Source: Octopus sinensis
Taxonomy: Eukaryota
NCBI RefSeq assembly: GCF_006345805.1
Contig: NC_042998.1
Location: 129,208,001-129,272,000 of the forward strand
Length of the DNA stretch: 64,000 nt
Reading direction: 5' to 3'
Part shown: piece after piece, positions 1 through 10,762 of the stretch
Layout: every line of letters starts with the position of its first letter
Numbering within the stretch: position 1 is the stretch's first letter
Position numbers and translations under genes: made by a program
Notes under the pieces: model-generated
The model's database searches: none
What the model saw: only the letters and a program-made list of their open reading frames with translations
Told to the model about the DNA's origin: nothing

Positions 1-799
1 GATATAAAAAGTGAAAATAACAAAATGTAGAGGAAATAGATAGTTGAGCGGGATGAGGAACTGATGGAAATAATTTTGGTAGGAAGTCTGTAATAATGAA
101 CAGAATATGAGAAAGATAGAAGAAGCTTTGGTATAAGAATTAAGAACGAAAATAGACTTATGTACATATTAATTTAAAATTAATATTAGTTTCTAATATG
201 AATTAGATTCTAATGCAAAATATGCCAAAACGTATTGCATAATTTCCAGTACGATTTCGTTTGGGTATGTTGCAAAATCATGCAGTTATCTTTGATGCAA
301 TAGAAAGCTTGCCAAGAATTGATGCTATCAATTCCTTTTATCAAAATCTTAAAAAAAAGACTCCATTGCTTTTCCTTGATACACTGCTGATGTAGTAGAA
401 TACTGCTTTGCCACTTAGCTTTCGATTTCTCTTCTCCTTTCCTACCTCTCTACTTCCATTCACCATCTTTTTGCCAATCACACATCCATGCATACGCACA
501 CATTCTTCATCCATTTCGGGCATTTGTCATTTTACTCTATTTTTGTTTCAGTGGTTTTTAAAAAAGTTTTTGAAACCCTGTAATACTCATTCGCACATAC
601 TTCATACGCTAGATTCAACAACTGTACGAGCGTTCCTGTTTTTTTTTTACCTTGTCTTGCAAAAAAAAAAAAAAGAGTTCCTGCACAACATACAGAGACT
701 AAATAGTATAAAGTATACTTATTCCACGCAGGGGTTTATAGAAAATTTTCTTGGATGTGCATATGTTTAGGCAATATATATTGCAGGTAGATAACGCTT

Positions 800-915
800 T
801 TCTATCAGAAACAGCGAGCCGCCATTGAATTCTTGATGAAGGAAAATGAAGGCTGCTCTACATACACAGGAGGCTTACGTGTGTTAACGAAGATAAGGCC
901 ACTGACAAGAACAAT
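800..915 (+). pseudogene. Relic of a mariner transposase N-terminal (HTH) region, frameshifted
   Basis: Translates FYQKQRAAIEFLMKENEG, then in a shifted frame IHRRLTCVNEDKATDKNN. This matches the mariner N-terminal pattern xKQRAVIEFL...IHRRL..VYG..A.D; it is interrupted by a (CTA)n tract. Confidence 0.6.
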
Positions 916-916
916 G

Positions 917-1027
917 AGTAGTAATAGCAACAACAACAACATTGCTATGCTATTAATTCTATCAACATTGCTACTACTACTACTACTACTACTATTACTA
1001 CTACTACTACTACTACTACTGCTGCTG

Positions 1028-1065
<38 letters not shown>

Positions 1066-1075
1066 GCTGCTGTTG
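917..1075. repeat. (CTA)n/(CAA)n trinucleotide microsatellite
   Basis: Seen directly; it generates the poly-L and poly-S ORFs 805..1137 and 833..1156. Confidence 0.95.
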
Positions 1076-1547
1076 TTCACTGTCAAAGCTGGATATGTTT
1101 TGAAAGCTCTCGGTTTGTGTTCAGATTTCTTATCCATAGAGGGTCGCTGTTGCTAATTTTTTTGAATTACTCTAGTATTACGTTGACCAGAAGTATCAGG
1201 AAATGTTCACCATTTTTTCTTGTTATTTGTTTTAGAGAGCAACATTTTAACAGAAACAAAGCAAGGAAAAATACTTTCAAAATGGCTTCGTCTTCGCCGA
1301 CTGGCTCGCAAGATGGGAACATTGTGAAGTTGCTTTCAAGGTGCAGTTATCGTTTGTAATCACTAACCATAATAGCAGCAGCATCTCTAGGAACAACAAC
1401 GATAAAAAGCAACAGCAACATCTGCAACAGCGTTATTTCTTCCGCCATTTTGCATTCTGACTTAAAAATCCTGTTGGGGTCAATTTCGTCTATCCTCCCA
1501 CTGAGGCCGATAAAATAAATTATCAGTCAAGAGCTGGAATCATTTTT

Positions 1548-1549
<2 letters not shown>

Positions 1550-1623
<74 letters not shown>

Positions 1624-1665
1624 GCTACTACTACTGATGCTGCTGCTGCTACTGCTGCTGCTACT
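1550..1665. repeat. (CTA)n/(CTG)n microsatellite
   Basis: Seen directly. Confidence 0.95.
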
Positions 1666-1768
1666 GTTATTGTTATTCTTAATATCAGTATTAAGCGGTG
1701 AGGTGACACCATCAAAATGCGCATCGGAAAATTGCTTAGCAGCACATCTTACAGTTCTTTACGTCATA

Positions 1769-2201
1769 ACTCTTTACTCTTTACTCTTTTACTTGTTTCA
1801 GTCATTTGACTGCGGCCATGCTGGAGCACCGCCTTTAGTCGAGCAAATCGACCCCAGGACTTATTCTTTGTAAGCCTAGTATTTATTCTATCTCTCTCTT
1901 TTTGCCGAACCGCTAAGTCACGGGGACGTAAACACACCAGCATCGGTTGTCAGTGATGGTGGCGGGGGGACAAATGCAGACACACAAACATATACACATG
2001 CATACACATATATATACATATATATATACATATATACGACGAGCTTCTTTCAGTTTCCGCCTACCAAATCCACTCACAAGTCTTTGGTCGACCCGAAGCT
2101 ATAGTAGAAGACACTTGCCGAAGGTGCCGTGTGGTGGGATTGAACCCGGAACCATGTGGTTGGTAAGCTAGCTACTTACCGCACAGCCTCTCCTGCGCCT
2201 A
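1769..2201 (-). mobile_element. Full-length tRNA-derived SINE (group 1; internal microsatellite; (AAAGAGT)n-like tail)
   Basis: Minus strand begins TAGGCGCAGGAGAGGCTGTGCGGTAAG with a B-box-like GGGTTCAATCCC, then a GGCACCTTCGGCAAGTGTCTTC core, (TA/TG)n, and a 3' module ending CATGGCCGCAGTCAAATGACTGAAACAAGTAAAAGAGTAAAGAG. Homologous copies at 38476 and 47289/48365. Confidence 0.9.
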
Positions 2202-2360
2202 AGTTCAACTATCGTCGAAGTCGACTTCGCCTTTTATCCTTTCGGGTAAAAATAACATAGAATTTGAACGCTGGAGTCATGTGATCCGCCTCTCCCCTCT
2301 CTCGAAATTGCTGGCCTTGAAGTAAACAAAGAAAATAAAGAGGGAAAAGGGCGAGAAAAT

Positions 2361-2990
2361 TCACAGTGACAATGCTTTTCTCAGTAAGTATGAGGTACCA
2401 GTTAAGACAATCTTTTGCACTTCCTGCTTGGATGGTAAGCCAGGTGTCATTCTTAAATAGTTTTCAGTTCCTGTTTTGATCACTCCAAGTGCTCCTACAC
2501 TCACTGGTATTGTAACCGTCTTGAGATGCCTCATCTTTTCTGTTTCGGTTACCAAATATTTATATTTTCCGAGCTGACCAAATTCTTTTACCGAGATATT
2601 ACGGTCACAGGGAATGCTCAAGTCAACAGACTTTATTGTTTTGGTCCTTCACAACAATATCTAGTTTATTTGCTTTGCTAGTCCGGTCTGCACATACTGG
2701 CAAGTCCCTAAGAATGGTTACATTTTCTCCCTCAGTTACAACCTCAAGGTGGTGCTTGCACAATTTATCAGCAGTTTTGATTTTATAATGCCGACGCATT
2801 ATCCAATGTAGATATTGGCCAACACTGTGATGTCTTGATTTGTACTCTAAAGGTTCTAAAACCTTAGACCCGGAGATTAGGTGGTCCACTGTTTCAATCC
2901 CATCGTTGCAGTATCGGCACTTTGGGTCTACACCATTTTTCATCACATTGGCTTGATTGTTCCAGAAGTTGATCCTCTTCGATTACTATC
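2361..2990 (-). pseudogene. 3' fragment of an RLE-type non-LTR retrotransposon (R4/Dong-like): CCHC zinc knuckle plus restriction-like endonuclease
   Basis: ORFs 2623..2946 and 2361..2621 read CRYCNDGIETVDHLISG (C-x2-C-x8-H), ANKLDIVVKDQNNKVC (PD..D-like), and IPVSVGALGVI...QEVQKIVLTGTSYLLRKALSL*, typical of the R4/Dong C-terminus. Stop-interrupted. Confidence 0.85.
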
Positions 2991-3340
2991 GCAAACAGCA
3001 GTAGTTTTCTTTAACTAAATACACGTTGTTGATTGGTTAAAATTACTCAAATACAACTTTAACACGAAATAACTTCTGAAGTATGAACTTTTGTCAAAAA
3101 TGTTCAAAGTAAACTGTGTTCTCCGTGAGAGATTCCACCAGTATGCGAAATTTCAAACTGTATAGTTAAAAGAAAAAATTAATTAGAAAATCCATGCGCG
3201 AAACTGAAACGTCACGGAGAAAAGAAAGGTAAAATTTTCATAGAAAATTGTAGATATTAAAGTTTTAAAATTTTCGAAAGATGATCGTTAGTATGTCCAA
3301 TCTGTAGAGTTCTTGAAAAATAAAAAAATAAAACTGAAAG

Positions 3341-3360
3341 TATTATTATTATTATTATTA

Positions 3361-3415
<55 letters not shown>

Positions 3416-3445
3416 GTTGTTGTTGTTTTGTTGTTGTTGTTGTTG

Positions 3446-3494
<49 letters not shown>

Positions 3495-3511
3495 CATCAT
3501 CATCATCATCA

Positions 3512-3548
<37 letters not shown>

Positions 3549-3552
3549 CATT
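3341..3552. repeat. Compound (ATT)n/(GTT)n/(ATC)n microsatellite
   Basis: Seen directly; forms the 3' tail of the element at 3553. Confidence 0.95.
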
Positions 3553-4110
3553 GAGTGAGAGATCAGTGCATGCCATCAAAGAAACACTGGGGTAAAATAT
3601 ACGAAGCCTACTATACCTATCATGACTACCTGTCTGATAAGAGTACACCAGGCAAATGCGTCACAACCATTTGTGCATGACACGGTGATCTCATATCAAG
3701 ATAAACGGCGCATGACCTTGCAGATGGGGTACAATTAGAATTTTCTTCAGGCTGATAGCCCATCCCGCTCAAAAGGTTCCCGAAGAAGGGTTGTTTAAGG
3801 ATGCTGAAAGAAACATCCACGTTTCCAAAGGTGAATTATCCAAACCCCAATGAAATTTCTCTCAATACATGGCTATGATGCTCCCCCACTACTTCTGCTC
3901 GTGATCAGAGATGCACATACCGTCAGCCACCAAGGGATATGCTCAGATGGTTAAAGTCAAACAAATGACATGCAAATCTGTGGTACCGAGCAGAATATTT
4001 GCTATCGCCCATCTTTTATACCAAGAAAAAAAAAATAATGTACATGATAACACTTCCAATCAGTTAAGATCAGAAGCCCTGCGAGCCACTGCCTGGTACT
4101 GCATCAGGGC
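3553..4110 (-). mobile_element. (AAT)n-tailed interspersed retroelement, long form, copy 1
   Basis: Aligns by eye along its length with 4177..4727, 21287..21741 and 52248..52705; the minus strand ends ...CTCTCACTC-(AAT)n. Confidence 0.85.
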
Positions 4111-4176
4111 ATTATTATTATTGTTATTATTATTATTATTGTTATTATTATTACTATTATTATAATTATTATTATT

Positions 4177-4727
4177 GAGTGAGAGAGAAGTGCATGCCAT
4201 CAAAGTGACACTGGGGTACAAATATACGAAGCCCAGTATAGCCATCATGACTACCCGTCAGATAAGGGTACACCAGGCACATGCATCACAACCATATGTG
4301 TGCAACATGGTGACCTCATATCAAGATAAACAGCGCATGACCTTGCAGGTGGGGCCCAGTTAGGATTTTCTTCAGGTTGAGTAGCCCATCGCGCTCAAAA
4401 GATCTCTGAATAAGGTTCAAGGATGTTGAACGAAACACCCATGTTTCCAAAGGTGAATTATCCAAACCCCAAAGAATTCCTCTCACCACATGGCTATGAT
4501 GCTCCCCCACTACTTCTGCTTGTGATCAGAGGTACACATATCGTCAGCCACTAAGGGACATGCTCAACTGGTTAAGATGAAACAACTGACAAGCAAATCT
4601 GTCGGATTAAGCAGAATATTTGCTGTAGCGCATCTTTTATACCAAGACAAAACAATGTACATGATAACGCTTCCAATTAGTTAAGATCAAAAGACATGAA
4701 AGCCACTGCTTGGTACAGCATCAGTGC
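4177..4727 (-). mobile_element. (AAT)n-tailed element, long form, copy 2 (tandem with copy 1)
   Basis: Same sequence and same 5' start as copy 1, separated from it by an (ATT)n tract and followed by (TTC)n. Confidence 0.85.
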
Positions 4728-4834
4728 ATTTTCTTCTTCTTCTTCTTCTTCTTCTTCTTCTTCTTCTTCTTCTTCTTCTTCTTCTTCTTCTTCTTCTTCT
4801 TCTCTTCTTCTTCTTCTTCTTCTTCTTCTAATCA

Positions 4835-5044
4835 TGGTGAACTGGCAGAGTCGTTAGCACGCTGGACGAAATGCATAGCGGTATTTCGCCCGTCGTTACG
4901 TTCTGAGTTGAAATTCCGCTGAGGTCAACTTTGCCTTTCATCCTTTCGGGGTCGATAAATTAAGTACCAGTTGCGTACTGGTGTCGGTATAATCTCTGGG
5001 CACCCCCACCAACATTTCAGTTCTTGTGCCTACAGTAGAAAGGA

Positions 5045-5050
<6 letters not shown>
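4835..5050 (+). mobile_element. tRNA-derived SINE group 2 (Deu/Nin-like central motif)
   Basis: A-box TGGCAGAGTCG, B-box GAGTTGAAATT, central GCCTTTCATCCTTTCGGGGTCGATAAATTAAGTACCAG, (ATT)n tail. Copies at 34860, 36263 and 58158. Confidence 0.85.
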
Positions 5051-5082
<32 letters not shown>

Positions 5083-7125
5083 GTAACTGAGACTAGGTAA
5101 ACATTATTATTGTCTGAGTTCAAATTCAAATGCGGTCTATCTCGTCCTTCAGCGCTTCCAGGATCAATAATATAACAACCAGTAAAATACTGGGGTCGTT
5201 CTTAACACTTGTATAACTCCTTCCCAATTTTGTGACTTGGTATTGTGAATAATACTACAAATCATTAATATATTTTCGTTCGTGCAAAATGCTTTCCTTG
5301 TAATGGAAGCAGATGTGTTAATATACCAAAATTTGCTTGAGTTATACTGATATACTTTTCTTAGGAAATATCAATTTCGTTTACTCTTCAAAGAATGACA
5401 TTCCAACGCAGATAATAAGAATATCGAGTTTTCTTCCGAAAATGTGATGCCAAATCTACTTTGTTGTTCATTAAGTTTTACTTTATCGTATTTACTTATT
5501 TGTGTAATTTATATATATTAGGGAATGTGTAGGTATGTGTATGCTTGTATGTAATGTATTTGCGTATGTTTGTGTGTATATATGTTAATACCGCAGTTAT
5601 ATTTAAATGTATGCATGTATACACACACGCTCTCTTTCTCTCTCTCTCTCTCTCTCTTTCATATATATATATACATACATATATATAAACTTACTCCTAT
5701 ACATATTAGTATGTACATTTGTACATGTGTATATAAGTATGTAAATACAACAACATATCTGTACGTATATGTCTATATTTTCTTGTTTTATTTTTATGAT
5801 TTCTCCCCCAATGAGAAAAAGTCGGTTTCTAACCTAGAAACAAGGCTCTTTCATTGGTATTTACACAACCATCTACACATGTACGTATGCATGCATGTAT
5901 GTATGTATGTATGTATGTATGTTGAATGTGTGTATGTAAGTATCAATGTATGTATGCATGTATGTGTGTATGTATATATATGTGTGTGTGTGTATGATGT
6001 TTGTGCTTGTATGTTCGTATGTATGTCTGTATGCATGTGTATGAATAAATGAATGAATTGTTATAAGTGTTTATTTATATATGAATGTGCGTATGCATGA
6101 ATACAAGCTTGTATGTACGTCTTCTGGTTTCATTTTACAAATTTCACTACAGTGAAGAAATTCATTGGAAGTTAGACAACACCAACTGAGCAGTCATGTA
6201 TACAGTATGTGCGCATCTCGGTACATATGTGGATTTGCATATTATCACTTAATCATGTCTACATATGCATTTGTTTGGCGTATCTATACATGTGTATTTG
6301 CATTTATTCCCCGGGTATACATATTTTCACAGCTCCATTAGTAGTTTGTAAGCGTAATTTGCCAATTAGCTACGTGTTTTTGGTTTTATGAAGTATAGTT
6401 TCCGAAGTTTGGTGCTAAGTTAGTTACATATACGTGTGCTCAAATAATAACAGATACAGTTCTAAAGCTATAGACTGGACAGAGAGAATATTTCCAGATA
6501 TCTCATTAATTTGCATAAATGTTTTTTTTTACTCATCTTCACCTTTCTTCATATCTCCTGGGAACGTATTTTTATTATAATGTTCTCTTTCGCTTTTTCT
6601 CTGCAACAGAACATCATGTATAGTGTTTTGTTTATATTTCACTGAAATTTTACAGACGTTCGCCGTTTTTCTTTCATATTATGCATATACACATCCTCCA
6701 TATCATTATAATTTTTCCTGCTTTGTTCCTCAAGACTACCTGTATGACGGTTTGATCTCAGAATCATGCCTCATACGCAGATAATGTAGTGATGATATTT
6801 TTCATATGTATGAATAGATGCATGCGCACACACGCATGCTTATGTACTTAAACACACACACACTCACACACTCAAACACATACACGTATATGTATTTCTG
6901 CCTCTCTTCAGTACAAGACACTTCGTCTGCTAGACATAGCAGTAACTCACCACTGATCACAATATATATAAATTCAATCGCAGTACGGAACAGCCATATT
7001 GAAGTGGTTTCGGACATTACCTACTTGTACAATTACTGCAATCATCCCTTAAAGAGATTTTAGAACTAGCTTTTTAGCTTGTTGCAAAATCAGCGACTGT
7101 TTGTCGCTTGAATTTATATATATAT

Positions 7126-7233
7126 TGCGAGCAGAGGGGAGTTACTGCCATCTCTAGCAGAAATAGCCCGAAACCAGGCTAGTATGCTGGCCCCGTCGCT
7201 AGAAGGTGGTAGGGGTTCACTCCCCTGCTCGCA
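7126..7233. repeat. GC-rich fold-back (MITE-like hairpin)
   Basis: TGCGAGCAGAGGGGAGT pairs with ACTCCCCTGCTCGCA; inner CTGCCATCTCTAGC pairs with GCTAGAAGGTGGTAG; there is also an inner TAGCC-loop-GGCTA hairpin. Confidence 0.7.
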
Positions 7234-7399
7234 TTATATCGGAAGCAGCTGTGCATCGTAAACAGGGTCTAGGAGATGTCCTCTTGGGGGTAAAATATAG
7301 TGATAAATCCGTATAAGGTCTTTATTTTCGTGCTGACCTCCTGATAAAATCATGAATGATTTTATCCTTTATTATATAATTAAAAGTTCTTAGGTGCTA

Positions 7400-8383
7400 A
7401 ATCAGGCGAATAGAGCGGGTGCAGAAGCGATATCGTGTTGTTTTTTGCGCGAAACACACGAGAGAGCAGAGCTCGGTGACAGGGTGCATTGTCGGCGTGA
7501 AGAATCCAATTCTTCACGTCCCTCATATCCGGTCGCTTTCACTAAATGCACTCTCTGAAACGCTTCAAAAACATCGCAGTAATCTCTCATTTAAGGTCTG
7601 GCGCATTGGGAACGACTTCTCCATGTACTATACTGCAGATGTCGGGAAAAAAGATGAGCATGCTCTTGAATGAGCTGCGGCTCTGTCTTGCCTTCTTCAG
7701 TCGCGCATATGAAGGGCTCTTCCACGGTGACGATTGCTGCCTCGTTTCAGGGTCGTATCCGTTGACCCAACTATCGTCAACGGTGATGATCCGCATCATG
7801 AGGGAGGGTTCTTCAGCGGAATGCAGACGGGGATCTTGACAGAGTTCGACGCGATGCTCTTTCTACTTAGTGATCAGCTGGCGCTGGACAAACATAGCAG
7901 AGATCTGCTGTCACATGCTCACTTCAGACGTAAGGACCCGTCACATCAGCAATGCCGTTGGTTGTCCTCCGACGATCCCCTTGCACAAGCTGATTAATAT
8001 TCTTCACATTTCTGGGGTGACGCTTGTGGCAGGTCTTCCAGATCGCTCATCGAATTTTTAGGGACGTTTTACCTCTTTTGAAGCACCCGTGCCACTTGAA
8101 ACATTGCGTACGACCCAATGCTTCGTCGCCTATAGCAGACTCTCCAAGTTTAACGCAAAATTTCACGTTGGCTCCTATTCCTGTCCCTGACAAAATCGCA
8201 GGCTACAACATATACATGATCACAAAAACACAAATTTCACAACTTGCGAAGTAAAAACAACAATGTCACTTGGCACACTGCCTCATGAAGATCACTGCTA
8301 GCTCTCACTTGTGCACGCAATCGTATACTGCCGACTGTTGGCGCGCTATAAAACTAGCCCGGAAAATTTTCGATACAATCTCG
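7400..8383 (-). mobile_element. Decayed mariner transposon, 3'-truncated
   Basis: Minus-strand TIR TA|CGAGATTGTATCGAAAATTTTCCGGG; ORF 7587..7799 reads IITVDDSWVNGYDPETRQQSSPWKSPS..KKARQSRS (mariner catalytic region, WVxxYDPET motif). Homologous to 33615..34511 and 61731..62269. Confidence 0.9.
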
Positions 8384-8772
8384 TATAGAGATGTATGTCT
8401 GAGTTGTGTATGTATGCCTATATTTATACATATATAGCATAGATTAAAAGCCCAAATTTATTTAAAGAGAGCCGATGTGAAAAAAAAAGAACAGCATAAA
8501 AATTATAAAAGAACAATAGATATTGGTTTAATATCATTCCTTTACCGAAGTGAATTAGAAAATATAGAGATCATCGGTAATGGAGAATATAATGTGGATG
8601 AAGAAATTGAAACAATAACCGAAATTAAATAATCTTGAGATATTGAAAATATAATTAAATTTTATAATATTCTGAAAGAAGACACAAAATATTTTTTTAG
8701 AGATATATGAATGCAATGGAAATGAAAATTGCGGTAGGACAGAGATATTGAAATGCAAACAAGTAAAAGGAG

Positions 8773-8842
<70 letters not shown>

Positions 8843-9251
8843 GTATGTATGTATGTATGTATGTATGTATGTATGTATGTATGTATGTATGTATATATAT
8901 ATATATATATATATAGATATATATATATATATAGATACTATATATACATATATATATATACACATATATACATATTATATATATATAAACTTACACACAT
9001 ACACACACACACATATATATGTATGTATAGGAATAGGGAGAGAGAGAAAGAGGGAGAGGGAGAGGAAGAAATATAGAATTAGAAAGTCAAGAAGATTGCA
9101 AATCTCGAAGAATATAGGTGAAAGATAAATGATGGTCAGAAAGAAATTGTGTGTGTGTGTGTGTGTGTTTATAAATATATGTATGTACATACATGTATAC
9201 ACACACACATATATATTTCAGTATTTGAGTGGAAAGAGGGACAAGAAGAGT

Positions 9252-9296
<45 letters not shown>

Positions 9297-9512
9297 TTCC
9301 CAGACATATACTAGGTAGGAGTAACTCATGACTCGATGTGTGTTATGAAAGTTGAAAATCTACTGTTTGTTCTATATTCCAAGCTGCAAAAAATTCTATG
9401 GTTAACCCAGAATCACAGCTACACTAATAATCAAAAACACACATGCACACACCCACACATACTTGTTAGATATTGTTAACCAAATTCGCTTAACACCGAG
9501 TGCGTATAGACA

Positions 9513-9546
<34 letters not shown>

Positions 9547-9789
9547 CATACATATACACAGACAGACACGCACACACATACATACACACACACATACACA
9601 CACATATATATATAACCCACATGGATCTACTCAGGATTGCACCTATGAACTTATGTTCTTGTTTCTACAACATCGGAAAGTTGAACTTTTATGCGTCATT
9701 TTACTCCTCTCCTTACTCCTTTACTCCCTTCCTTTATGTCTTCATCCCATTAATATATACCATTCTCCTTTCCCCTATTTTTCCCTATT

Positions 9790-9847
9790 TGTCTCTGATG
9801 ACAGAATATCCCATACTCGGGGATATCCCAGAAACAGTTGTAAGGTT
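9790..9847 (+). ncRNA. Type-I hammerhead ribozyme motif (imperfect base of stem II)
   Basis: TGTCT-CTGATGA-[ATATCCC/GGGATAT hairpin]-GAAA-CAGTTG-TA-AGGTT, with quasi-palindromic stem III ACAGTTGT and a GUA cleavage triplet. Confidence 0.6.
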
Positions 9848-9924
9848 TTGAATTTCTTCCTATCATAACATTGTATACGACTTGAGATGTTGGCCTTACC
9901 TTAATGTTTGTTGCCCTCTTTAAC

Positions 9925-9967
<43 letters not shown>

Positions 9968-9974
9968 ATATATA

Positions 9975-10172
9975 CAGGACGCCATGATAGATCGTTAGCT
10001 CCTACAGGAATTTTTTTCTCTCCTTGTGTATTTTTCTGTGTACCTTTCTGTAGAAGAGCGTAGGCTCGAAACGTAAAAGACTGTTTCTATTCCTGAGCGC
10101 TATATTAATACATTTTTTTGTTTGTACTCCACCTGCCTTCGTCTTTTGTTTATTTTCGTAAACTTTCCCTTA
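9975..10172 (+). mobile_element. Solo PLE pLTR-like cassette, family A, flanked by (TA)n
   Basis: About 200 bp, homologous to 22000..22200, 27590..27780(-) and 41010..41250(-); carries a hammerhead core at 10044..10079. Confidence 0.7.
10044..10079 (+). ncRNA. Minimal type-I hammerhead motif, family A (U6 variant)
   Basis: CTTT-CTGTAGA-A-GAGC(GTAG)GCTC-GAA-ACGT-A-AAAG. Confidence 0.7.
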
Positions 10173-10192
10173 TATATATATATATTTATATT

Positions 10193-10673
10193 GCAAACAA
10201 ATGCTGCCAGTAGAAAGCTCCGCATACTGGATGCTAGCAAGTTTATGCGGTCATCAGGGGAGAATGCATGCCGTTTCGAGGCCTACCTCTCTTCGGCATC
10301 ATTGTGCGCCCCCCCATCCCTCACTGAAGTGAGTCTCCGCTTGCTAGGTCAACTGGCTATCAGGTTTCACTCAATATTCTTCTAGCTATTACTCATCGTC
10401 TCCTTTAAACCAAATCTAGTGGCCTTCCTTTGCCACTGGACATCAGTCATGGTAGTAGTTGCTTGACAATGGAGTTAGGCTTAACAATAAGCAACAGTCG
10501 TCTCACGCTCTGTTTAGCAAATTCTTTACATCCGACTTCGAATGGAAAATGCCCCGCTTTCCAATTTGCAACTTCATGTCTCCCGAGGAGGTTTTCATAA
10601 CGGTCAATCTTTCGAGCCCGATAGGTGTCCATGTTATCTTTATGAAGAACCGTTAGCTCATCTAGATTTACCA

Positions 10674-10674
<1 letters not shown>
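10193..10674 (-). pseudogene. 3' end of an RLE non-LTR retrotransposon (HERO-like), copy 1
   Basis: ORF 10447..10674 reads LDELTVLHKDNMDTYRARKIDRYENL...WKAGHFPFEVGCKEF, matching the IELTVPWE..RK..Y..L...GW....PVEVGCRGF endonuclease motif; followed by a 3' UTR shared with 15297..15795. Confidence 0.75.
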
Positions 10675-10705
<31 letters not shown>

Positions 10706-10710
10706 TTTCT

Positions 10711-10762
<52 letters not shown>
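10675..10762. repeat. (TTTC)n microsatellite
   Basis: Seen directly. Confidence 0.95.

Noticed and set aside
805-1156. ORFs with apparent signal-peptide or transmembrane poly-Leu and poly-Ser stretches
   Set aside because: Produced by the (CTA)n microsatellite fused to a mariner relic; the same applies to the poly-L/I/Y/N ORFs at 1637, 3313, 3358, 53818 and 53924.
10235-10295. GAAAC...CTGA[TC]GA on the minus strand in both HERO-like 3' UTRs (possible type-II hammerhead)
   Set aside because: Only about 16 nt separate the motifs, with no stem I hairpin and no valid NUH triplet.
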